Shown here in pieces: positions 26,018 through 32,000 of a stretch of 32,000 nt of DNA. A model generated the notes under the pieces. The model saw nothing but the letters and a program-made list of their open reading frames with translations. It was not told the DNA's origin and made no database searches. Positions within the stretch are counted from its first letter, which is position 1; each line of letters starts with the position of its first letter. Source of the stretch: Nocardiopsis yanglingensis. Its GTDB lineage: Bacteria > Pseudomonadota > Gammaproteobacteria > Xanthomonadales > Xanthomonadaceae. Where the stretch lies: assembly GCA_045809185.1 (NCBI GenBank), contig JBJNRH010000003.1; one strand, 5' to 3'. The position numbers were made by a program, and so were the translations under genes.

Positions 26018-26036
26018 GTAGGGGCGGCGCCCCTAC
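26018..26036. repeat. GTAG...CTAC palindromic hairpin (REP/SMAG-like); probable terminator or phage DNA structure
   Basis: GTAGGGGC-ggc-GCCCCTAC. A homologous copy lies in mirror position at 26966-26984 with conserved flanks. Confidence 0.6.
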
Positions 26037-26045
26037 GGAAGCGCC

Positions 26046-26387
26046 TCACACGCGCTGGCGTGGTCTCGGCCCCGGCAGCGGCAGGACACCCTCAACAGGA
26101 TCGGCGTCAGGACCAGCCATCACCGTGGAAGACCGCTTTGCGCGGCGATGGGCAACCTCAGCCAGGTCAACGATGCCCGCACGCCCGAATGGCCGTTTCT
26201 GGCCGCCTCGGGCAATCTCCATCATGCGGCGCCATTCCTGCGCTTGCGCGGCCAGCAGCGACAGCCACGCAAGATCCTGCGGCTCCAGCTCACGGCCCTC
26301 GGGAGTGACCAGTCGGCCACCCTTAAACGAAAAACCGGCCCAAGGGCCGGTTAGGTTGCGATCACGCACAATCAGGCTCCATGCCAC
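26046..26387 (-). CDS. DUF3653-like phage protein (candidate XafT-like Xer activation factor), prophage 1
   Basis: Only the C-terminal 113 codons of the 253-aa track ORF are supported. GTG 26387. About 55% identity to the 26575-26955 product (LTGPWAGFSF.G.RL.TPEGREL.P.DLAWLSL...QAQEWRRMME). Lies 51 nt from dif. Confidence 0.6.
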   Translation of the reverse strand: MAWSLIVRDRNLTGPWAGFSFKGGRLVTPEGRELEPQDLAWLSLLAAQAQEWRRMMEIARGGQKRPFGRAGIVDLAEVAHRRAKRSSTVMAGPDADPVEGVLPLPGPRPRQRV

Positions 26388-26437
26388 AGCAGGGCTGGGG
26401 ATCGAGGCAAGATGCGTGCCAGCCACCCCCGGATTGC

Positions 26438-26465
26438 TCTGAACATAATATACATTATGCGAAAT
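26438..26465 (-). other. dif: intact XerCD dif site (XerC arm - 6-bp spacer - XerD arm)
   Basis: The bottom strand reads ATTTCGCATAA-TGTATA-TTATGTTCAGA; E. coli dif is GGTGCGCATAA-TGTATA-TTATGTTAAAT. GGGNAGGG polarity switches here. Confidence 0.85.
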
Positions 26466-26574
26466 CGCGTATCCGTCGAATCTGGGCCTTTGTTGGATCC
26501 GCGTGGCAATGGCTGGGCCTCTGGCTCGGCTCTTGCCTGCGCCCTCAGACCCCGGCCAAGGATGAGATCGCGGC

Positions 26575-26955
26575 ATGATCGTGTTCGACCCGCACCACCG
26601 TATCGACTTGACCGGCCCTTGGGCCGGTTTTTCTTTCCTAGGCGACCGCCTGATCACGCCCGAAGGTCGTGAGCTACTGCCCGAGGATCTGGCCTGGCTG
26701 TCGCTCACCGCCTGCCAAGCGCAGGAATGGCGTCGGATGATGGAAGCTGCACGCTCGGCACCGTCGATCGACAGTTCCAGAAATGGGCATAATCGGCACG
26801 CCAGCATTCGTCATCATCCTGCCACTGTTGTCAATCTGCGGGACGTTGTGAGCCAACGCAAACAGCGTTCGGCGGTGGCGATGGCCGGCCCTGACGCCGC
26901 ACCACCTGCAGCAGACCTACCGGCACTGGGGCCAAGGCGCCACGAGCGCGTGTGA
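26575..26955 (+). CDS. DUF3653-like phage protein (candidate XafT-like Xer activation factor), prophage 2
   Basis: 126 aa. Paralog of 26046-26387, transcribed away from dif, 110 nt from the XerC arm. Confidence 0.65.
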   Translation: MIVFDPHHRIDLTGPWAGFSFLGDRLITPEGRELLPEDLAWLSLTACQAQEWRRMMEAARSAPSIDSSRNGHNRHASIRHHPATVVNLRDVVSQRKQRSAVAMAGPDAAPPAADLPALGPRRHERV

Positions 26956-26965
26956 AGCGTTTCTC

Positions 26966-26984
26966 GTAGGGGCGCTGCCCCTAC
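26966..26984. repeat. GTAG...CTAC palindromic hairpin, mirror copy
   Basis: GTAGGGGC-gct-GCCCCTAC. The flanks GTGTGAAGCG...ACACCCCG match the reverse complement of 26010-26050. Confidence 0.6.
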
Positions 26985-26992
26985 ACCCCGAT

Positions 26993-27400
26993 TCATTGCT
27001 CGCGGCAACGCAGCCATTCGCCCTTGGCATTTCGCAACTGTTCCCAGCCGTTGTTTAGGCGGCGCATCGCAGTGCCCCCCATGCAGGCAGCGCCCAGCTG
27101 CTTTGCCTCAGCGCTCCCGTAGGCTGGCATGCGCACAATCTCGCTCGATGGCGTTGGTATGCCTTGACGATGCGCCTCGCTCTGGATCAAGGATCGTTCA
27201 ATGTCAGCGCAATAGAGCCGAATGCGCGGATCGAGGTGCTGCTGGCATTTCAGCGGCTCAGCGCCAAGATTGCTCGCCTTCGGTGTTGGCGGCACGTACC
27301 TGGGCACTGGTTGCGATCCGGTTGCCGAGCGTAGTTGTTGTGCATGCGCAGGTGCCCACAGCAGCAGTAAAGCCAGAACTAGGCCTGATCGAATGTCCAT
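26993..27400 (-). CDS. secreted hypothetical protein (phage accessory)
   Basis: ATG 27400. Signal peptide MDIRSGLVLALLLLWAPAHA. The C-terminal CMGGTAMRRLNNGWEQ motif is shared with 25647-25976. Confidence 0.55.
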   Translation of the reverse strand: MDIRSGLVLALLLLWAPAHAQQLRSATGSQPVPRYVPPTPKASNLGAEPLKCQQHLDPRIRLYCADIERSLIQSEAHRQGIPTPSSEIVRMPAYGSAEAKQLGAACMGGTAMRRLNNGWEQLRNAKGEWLRCREQ

Positions 27401-27442
27401 TTCGCCCCCAAGGTTCGGGGGCATGGTATCCCATTGCGAAAA

Positions 27443-28735
27443 TCAGAAGCTCGCCGGATAAGGCGGCGTCTCTGGGAACGTACCCAACGGGCGCTTCCCA
27501 ACTGCAATTAGAGTGCTCCCGTTCGCCGCGGCGGTGGTCGGCTGTGTCTCGCTCGCGCTCGTCACAGGCGACCCCGCCGCAGCCTTTATGCGCGCGGTCG
27601 TAGCATCGGACTGCTCGCCAAACGGGTCTACGGGCCAAGTCGTGGCAATGATCTCGTGCCCCTTAGCGCTCAGCAGCACGCCAAATTCGGTGCGTTTAAC
27701 CGACCACCCCAGCGCCCACAACTGCTCAGTGGTGAATCGATCAAGCACCTGACCGCCGCCCGTAGCCCGAAACTCCACAATGTCGCGCTGCCCATACCAG
27801 CCGGCATGCCGCGCCCTGGCATTGGCCGTCATGTCCAGCACGTACTGCACGCCTGCTGGAAGGCGCTCCTTCTCCTTCGCAGGCTCAGCCACCTTTGTCA
27901 CCACTGTTGCAGGCTGAGAGCCGGGGGCGTGGGCAATGGCCGGAATCGCGGCCTTCTGCGAAGCAACAACGCCTTTAATCTTGTCTGTACCGCCCGTGGT
28001 GCCATCTGCGATAAAGAACCGCCCCAGCATTACGACGCCGACAATCAGCGCGAGCGCCATAAGGATTGCCGGACCGCGCAGGGTCTTCCACAGGGTGCGC
28101 GTGTTCCCCTTGTAGACCTCATTGGATTCAATGCCCGGCTGCACGCCGTGGTAGAGCTCCCAGATGGCCGGGTCGTACTTGCGGACCTCTGTGCCCACCG
28201 TTTCATATTTGCCGGTGCCAGTGGCCGCATAGAACCGCACCGAATATCGCTGATCGGACCCCAGCGCGTCGAGCTTGGTATACGTGTTCTTCTTCGCCAT
28301 GCGGCGGATGATCAGGCGATGCAGGTCTTTGCAGTCCTGCGAGATGATCACCATGTCCAAGCTGATATGGCCGTGCTTGGCGAAGAAGTTTGCAGCGCGC
28401 TCAGGCAGATTGGCGCGATTGGTCGGCCAGTACTCGTGCGCCTCATCGATCACGATCAGTGCGTGCTTCTCGATGTGTGGGAACGAAATGGCGCCATCGT
28501 TGTCGGTGTCGCATACGCACCAATCAACCACTTCCTTGTCGCCCATCACATGCACCAGCTCGCGCACCTCTTCTTCAGGCATGCCCAGGTGGGCAGCGAT
28601 CTTATCGAGGCTCTCCCCTACCCCGTTTAGACGCACGTAGACATGTCGCTTCGCCCGCAATGCAGGAAGGATGTGATGCAGAACCGCCTCGTAGCTCTTG
28701 CCGCTGCGCGGCAAGCCTTCATGGCCGAAGATCAT
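27443..28735 (-). CDS. zot: Zot / g1p-like assembly ATPase
   Basis: ATG 28735. Walker A GLPRSGKS, Walker B VIDEAH and a TM (ILMALALIVGVVMLGRFFI). C-terminal GKRPLGTFPETPPYPASF is nearly identical to the prophage-1 Zot tail. Confidence 0.85.
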   Translation of the reverse strand: MIFGHEGLPRSGKSYEAVLHHILPALRAKRHVYVRLNGVGESLDKIAAHLGMPEEEVRELVHVMGDKEVVDWCVCDTDNDGAISFPHIEKHALIVIDEAHEYWPTNRANLPERAANFFAKHGHISLDMVIISQDCKDLHRLIIRRMAKKNTYTKLDALGSDQRYSVRFYAATGTGKYETVGTEVRKYDPAIWELYHGVQPGIESNEVYKGNTRTLWKTLRGPAILMALALIVGVVMLGRFFIADGTTGGTDKIKGVVASQKAAIPAIAHAPGSQPATVVTKVAEPAKEKERLPAGVQYVLDMTANARARHAGWYGQRDIVEFRATGGGQVLDRFTTEQLWALGWSVKRTEFGVLLSAKGHEIIATTWPVDPFGEQSDATTARIKAAAGSPVTSASETQPTTAAANGSTLIAVGKRPLGTFPETPPYPASF

Positions 28736-28739
28736 TTCG

Positions 28740-29138
28740 TTACGTCCACTGGAAGAGAGTGAGGAACACCCGCACAAGGCGGAATACAAGTGCAGCCGTC
28801 AGTACCGCGATAGCCTCACCGACGCGCAACTGGGCAACGATGAACGCGGTCCACGGCCCCGCAGCGTTGAGCATTGCGCAGAAGCTGATCTGCGACAGGA
28901 AATCAGGCGCTGGAATCAGATACACGATGGCCTTGACGAACGACAACACCAGCTCGATGAAGTCGGTCTGTAGATCCGTCATGAAATCGGAGAAATCCGC
29001 CCACAACGACGTGATCTGCTCCTTTGCCCACGTGGTGAGGGCGGTGACCGGCCCTACCCCATCGGCATATGCCCACGACGCTGACAGCACGAGCACAAGC
29101 AGCGCCGCAGCCAGCACGATCAGATGATTACGCTTCAT
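28740..29138 (-). CDS. g6p-position minor coat/membrane protein (unrelated in sequence to prophage-1 g6p-like)
   Basis: ATG 29138 with an ATGA overlap on the g3p-like stop. 132 aa with several hydrophobic helices. Confidence 0.55.
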   Translation of the reverse strand: MKRNHLIVLAAALLVLVLSASWAYADGVGPVTALTTWAKEQITSLWADFSDFMTDLQTDFIELVLSFVKAIVYLIPAPDFLSQISFCAMLNAAGPWTAFIVAQLRVGEAIAVLTAALVFRLVRVFLTLFQWT

Positions 29139-30142
29139 AGCAGTGCCCACCTCAGCGCAACGATGCCCATGCCCGCAAGGAAGACGAATCCGGCGTACTG
29201 AAATAGCTGTAGCAGTGGGCCGGAGCACAGCGAGGCCAGGTCAAACTTGCCCGCGTACTGTCCACCGTCCCACGTTGCGGTCGGACAACTGCCACCGCCG
29301 GTACAGCTGCCAAAGAAGCCTTTGACCTTCGACAAGATCGGGGCCCCTTCAATGGCCGTCTTGAACTCCGCTATCACCTTTTGAACCGTCTTGCCCGACT
29401 TCTTGTAAAGACGCCCGGTCGTTGGGCCTGTTCCGCCGCCGTCACCTCCCTCACCTGGCCCCGGGCCAGTACCGCCACCGTCACCCGGGCCGGTACCACC
29501 ACCGTCACCGTCACCGTCCCCCGGCCCCGTGCCGCCGCCATCGCCGCCGCCCGGGCCAGTACCTCCACCATCGCCGCCGCCCGGGCCTGTGCCGCCATCG
29601 CCACCGCCACCATCGCCGCCACCATCGCCGCCACCGTCGCCCGGACCGGTGCCGCCGCCATCGCCGCCTCCTTCGCCGGGATCGGGATTGGTTGGCTCCG
29701 GGTGGTCGTTCGTGCTGCACGCCTCACCGGTAGGCGTAAATAGACGCCCCGTTGGGGACTGCGCATAAAGCGAACCCCCATACGTGCAGCCGTTACTGCA
29801 AACACTGCCTAGGCCGTTGTCGCCACCACCCTTCCAGCCAAGTTCCTCCGGTCGGGCGCTGCATGCTTTGATCCAGTTGAAGTCCGGACCGCTCTGAATT
29901 TGTCCACTGACACCGCCACTGTCAGTCCTAAGCCGGTACATGGCTCGATAGGCGCCACCAAACACACCAGTGGTATAGATCTGGTTCACACACTGGCGAT
30001 CAACAATTTTTTCCCCCGTCGTCTTGGAAAGCTGATTAAGGCACTTGGCGTATGCCTCGCCCTGATCATCCGCGAACGCCACGAAAGGCATCAGCCCGAA
30101 GGCAAGAAGTACAGCGAGCACTGCACATCGGGCGGGCGTCAC
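29135..30142 (-). CDS. minor coat / host-attachment protein (g3p-like) with a GGGDGGGTGP repeat linker
   Basis: GTG 30142. Signal peptide ...FVAFA|DDQGEAY. The N-domain is about 70% identical to the prophage-1 g3p-like protein; the C-domain is different. Confidence 0.75.
   Translation of the reverse strand: MTPARCAVLAVLLAFGLMPFVAFADDQGEAYAKCLNQLSKTTGEKIVDRQCVNQIYTTGVFGGAYRAMYRLRTDSGGVSGQIQSGPDFNWIKACSARPEELGWKGGGDNGLGSVCSNGCTYGGSLYAQSPTGRLFTPTGEACSTNDHPEPTNPDPGEGGGDGGGTGPGDGGGDGGGDGGGGDGGTGPGGGDGGGTGPGGGDGGGTGPGDGDGDGGGTGPGDGGGTGPGPGEGGDGGGTGPTTGRLYKKSGKTVQKVIAEFKTAIEGAPILSKVKGFFGSCTGGGSCPTATWDGGQYAGKFDLASLCSGPLLQLFQYAGFVFLAGMGIVALRWALL
29428..29682 (-). repeat. approximately 30-nt coding repeats (GGGDGGGTGP units) in the g3p-like linker
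   Basis: Repeated CCGGGCCNGTNCCNCCNCCATCGCCGCCGC units on the + strand. Confidence 0.8.
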
Positions 30143-30222
30143 TGACTTGCCTCATTGAATGCCAGGGCGACCGCATGACCAGCAAGGCCGCCGATGAACG
30201 CAAAGACCATGCACACAAGCAT
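30139..30222 (-). CDS. 27-aa hydrophobic peptide (g7p/g9p-like candidate)
   Basis: MLVCMVFAFIGGLAGHAVALAFNEASQ. Strong SD AGGGAGGA, and GTGA overlap with the g3p-like start. Confidence 0.4.
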   Translation of the reverse strand: MLVCMVFAFIGGLAGHAVALAFNEASQ

Positions 30223-30224
30223 CG

Positions 30225-30494
30225 TCAATCCTCCCTTTCTGATTGGCCGCAGAAGACGCATTCGCCGCCATCGAACTCGTGCCCCACTTCATCGCAAACG
30301 GCTTCATCTACCTCGCCCGCCTGATCGTCCGCGTGTTCGTCGGCGTCAAGCTCTTCCCGATCTTCGAAGAAGCCTGCGATCTTTTCGACGCACCAGCGCC
30401 CGAAAAGAGGAAGGGCCAATAGCGTGCCGGCACCCACAATCGCGGCCAGTGCTTGTGCAACTGAAAGCCCGAGAAATACCCCACTGAAGTCCAT
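30225..30494 (-). CDS. coat-protein paralog with an acidic, Cys-containing C-terminal extension
   Basis: ATG 30494 with a GGGGGA SD. Residues 1-44 align with the prophage-2 coat (about 45% identity: MDF..GL.V..A..AI.GAG.L.A.P.F.RW...K.A.FF). They are followed by EDREELDADEHADDQAGEVDEAVCDEVGHEFDGGECVFCGQSERED. Confidence 0.6.
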   Translation of the reverse strand: MDFSGVFLGLSVAQALAAIVGAGTLLALPLFGRWCVEKIAGFFEDREELDADEHADDQAGEVDEAVCDEVGHEFDGGECVFCGQSERED

Positions 30495-30502
30495 CGTTCC
30501 CC

Positions 30503-30640
30503 CTAGTAGTCGATGACCACCCGGCATTCCGTGCACCACAGATTGCCGTCATCCAGAACGATCACGTCATCGCCGCCGCACTCGGGGCACCAGTCGTCCT
30601 GGCACTCATCGACATTGACGTCATCAAGCTGGGGCTGCAT
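30503..30640 (-). CDS. 45-aa acidic zinc-ribbon miniprotein
   Basis: MQPQLDDVNVDECQDDWCPECGGDDVIVLDDGNLWCTECRVVIDY (CPEC-x15-CTEC). Below the ORF-track cutoff. Immediately upstream of the coat paralog. Confidence 0.5.
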   Translation of the reverse strand: MQPQLDDVNVDECQDDWCPECGGDDVIVLDDGNLWCTECRVVIDY

Positions 30641-30690
30641 AGGAATCGGGGCCGGTTTCCCAGCCCCTACCCGGCGCGACTCTTCCGCTA

Positions 30691-30825
30691 TCAGCGGAAG
30701 AAGTTCGCGACCTTGTTGGTGGCCCAGCGGGCGAAGCCCGGCGAGGCCTTCAGTGCGCCCGCACCGATGATGGCGCTCACGGCGCTGGTGACTGCGAGGC
30801 CGGTCAGGATGCTGTCGAAATCCAT
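30691..30825 (-). CDS. major coat protein (g8p-like, 44 aa)
   Basis: ATG 30825 with an AAGGAG SD. MDFDSILTGLAVTSAVSAIIGAGALKASPGFARWATNKVANFFR. Confidence 0.75.
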   Translation of the reverse strand: MDFDSILTGLAVTSAVSAIIGAGALKASPGFARWATNKVANFFR

Positions 30826-30872
30826 TGCAATACTCCTTCTGTGATGCGCGTTTTGCGCGTTGGATGGGGTGG

Positions 30873-31130
30873 TCAATCCCGCTCTGTACTGACCGACTTC
30901 ACGACGGCGCCCACGATGTAGCCCAGCACGTTGAGTGCGAGCACCAGCGAGAACACCCCCGAGAACCAACCAGCGGCCACTTCCGGTTCGGGCCACTGAA
31001 ATAGATCGATGAGAATTGAGGCCTGTGCGTGTTCTGCCGCCGACACAAGCACATACCCACCACACTGCGATGCAGGCTCCCCGGTGGGTACGAGCGTCCC
31101 CTCAGCTGTCAGAGACACGCACACGGCCAT
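30873..31130 (-). CDS. small membrane protein preceding the coat gene
   Basis: 85 aa with a C-terminal TM (WFSGVFSLVLALNVLGYIVGAVV). Same position as 22754-22945. Confidence 0.55.
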   Translation of the reverse strand: MAVCVSLTAEGTLVPTGEPASQCGGYVLVSAAEHAQASILIDLFQWPEPEVAAGWFSGVFSLVLALNVLGYIVGAVVKSVSTERD

Positions 31131-31133
31131 GAC

Positions 31134-31436
31134 TTAGGCCTGAGCAGCCGCGCGAGGTGCGGACTTCGGCACCATGCGCAGGACGGTGAACTTGCTCAGC
31201 GATGCCACGCCCTTGTTGACCTGCAACATGGACTCAACGTCGAGCTCGTACTCGCCTTCGGGGTAGCCCGGCTGGCCCTTGTCCAGGCGCACGTCGAACG
31301 GATAGGCAAAACCACCGGTTTCAAGCTTGGCCTTCTGCTTGCGGGTGGTGTACTCGACGTTCTCACCAGCGTCGTTCTTGAAGCTGCCGCCGCGTTCGTC
31401 AATTTCGTTCTTGAGGACGGTGACCTTGATGCTCAT
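31134..31436 (-). CDS. ssDNA-binding protein (g5p-like)
   Basis: 100 aa, directly downstream of Rep. Similar motif to the prophage-1 protein (PYPAGEYQVD versus GYPEGEYELD). Confidence 0.65.
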   Translation of the reverse strand: MSIKVTVLKNEIDERGGSFKNDAGENVEYTTRKQKAKLETGGFAYPFDVRLDKGQPGYPEGEYELDVESMLQVNKGVASLSKFTVLRMVPKSAPRAAAQA

Positions 31437-31442
31437 GTGCTG

Positions 31443-32000
31443 TTACCCCTTTGAGGTTGGCTGTACGGCCGCGATTTCGGGCCAGTGCGCTGCTGTGTCA
31501 CCTGTGACCCACTTCGGCAGCGATGGCGAAGTGCAGGATTCGATTACCGCCCGCAACGCCTGATCGTCAGGGCAGTTCTTGGCGATGAAATTGAGGGCCG
31601 CACCGTACTGGCGACGAATGTGGCGACGAACGCTCTTCCATGTCGCTTCAACGGCGGCTTTCGTGATTTCGATGCGCGTGGCAACACAGCGCAGAAAGGA
31701 CAGGACCGGATAGGCGCCGAGCAGGTAGGAGGCCGGGTCACGCAGAATGTCGAGCGGCAGTTCCTTACGATTGGAGTTGCGGAACTGGGCCTCGTAGCGC
31801 ACCCACGGCGAACTCTTGTCGCCCTGCTCCCTGCCCTTCTCGTAGACGCGCAGCTGCTTTTCAGATTTCTTGCCGCCGACATAGAACGTCTTGCCGTCAC
31901 CGCTGTCGTAGTCATCCACCAGCTGCGCTTTAGGGCGCTGACCGCGATTGTTGAACTCACCTTCCTCGTACCACTTCTGCGCGAGCCGCAATGGGTATTC
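31443..32000 (-). CDS. replication initiation protein, Rep_trans (RstA-like) family; N-terminus outside the window
   Basis: The frame stays open to position 32000. FYVGGKKSEKQLRVYEKG resembles the YxGSRxSxxxxRxYDK motif of RstA-type initiators. Unrelated to the prophage-1 Rep. Confidence 0.65.
   Translation of the reverse strand, partial: EYPLRLAQKWYEEGEFNNRGQRPKAQLVDDYDSGDGKTFYVGGKKSEKQLRVYEKGREQGDKSSPWVRYEAQFRNSNRKELPLDILRDPASYLLGAYPVLSFLRCVATRIEITKAAVEATWKSVRRHIRRQYGAALNFIAKNCPDDQALRAVIESCTSPSLPKWVTGDTAAHWPEIAAVQPTSKG

Larger units (their letters stand above)
20501..26465 (+). mobile_element. complete filamentous (Inoviridae) prophage 1 integrated at dif
   Basis: Bounded by a 15-bp direct repeat, GAACATAATATACAT (20504-20518 and 26441-26455). 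Contains a repressor-like gene, Rep, ssDNA-binding protein, 45-aa coat, g3p-like, g6p-like and Zot/g1p-like genes. No integrase and no secretin. Confidence 0.9.
26449..32000 (-). mobile_element. filamentous prophage 2 (partial, continues beyond the window), mirror orientation
   Basis: Contains DUF3653-like, Zot-like, g6p-like, g3p-like, coat, ssDNA-binding and Rep_trans-like genes. The left boundary is taken as the spacer plus XerC arm of dif (TATACATTATGCGAA). Confidence 0.8.

Noticed and set aside
26462-26489. Possible second, inverted XerC-like half-site abutting dif (AAATCGCGTAT, 7 of 11 matches to ATTTCGCATAA)
   Set aside because: No matching spacer or XerD arm follows it. The similarity is weak and is partly forced by the GCGA-AA-TCGC mini-palindrome.
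26046-26807. 253-aa minus-strand ORF spanning the dif site
   Set aside because: Only the C-terminal 113 codons are supported by paralogy with 26575-26955. The N-terminal part would read through dif and antisense through the other DUF3653-like gene, and it has a low-complexity composition.
26010-26990. Tail-to-tail prophages explained as a recent inverted duplication or a Xer/homologous inversion
   Set aside because: The mirrored arms are only about 55% identical at protein level, and the phages have different Rep, g6p and accessory genes. The two att sites of prophage 1 are direct repeats, and the complementary-arm integration model needs no inversion. This is not fully excluded without the distal end of prophage 2.
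20501-32000. Search for a phage integrase, a secretin (g4p) or a toxin-antitoxin pair in the prophages
   Set aside because: No ORF with tyrosine or serine recombinase, secretin or recognisable TA motifs was seen. Integration is accounted for by the host XerCD site. This absence is reported, not a feature.

Overview
High-GC (~65%) gammaproteobacterial chromosome. Gene content and phage types fit Stenotrophomonas/Xanthomonas, judged from motifs only because no database search was possible. Positions 1-20500 are ordinary chromosome with a light and photo-oxidative-stress flavour. They hold a partial FAD oxidoreductase, a membrane desaturase and a secreted protein, divergent from an ECF sigma / ChrR anti-sigma pair. 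Next come an overlapping bacteriophytochrome HK / single-domain RR / hybrid HK operon and TspO. The rest are housekeeping or accessory genes: a large membrane-anchored protein, GNAT, AzoR, DoxX, LysR, pirin, AraC, a secreted protein and an output-less 7TM receptor. Positions 20501-32000 hold two filamentous (Inoviridae) prophages lying tail-to-tail around a 28-bp XerCD dif site at 26438-26465. Prophage 1 (20501-26465, 5.96 kb) is complete and bounded by a 15-bp direct repeat. Prophage 2 (from about 26449) runs off the window. The main observations are as follows. The only intact dif appears to be built from one arm of each phage. GGGNAGGG polarity flips exactly at that site, and both prophages conform to it. 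Integration cuts the prophage-1 repressor-like ORF at the junction and separates it from a DUF3653-like gene. Divergent DUF3653-like paralogs flank dif. Prophage 2 carries a coat-protein paralog with an acidic Cys-rich tail next to an acidic zinc-ribbon miniprotein. Prophage 1 has three translationally coupled transmembrane micro-ORFs. The two phages are clearly mosaic. Many long ORFs in the track are antisense shadows typical of high-GC DNA and are not reported.
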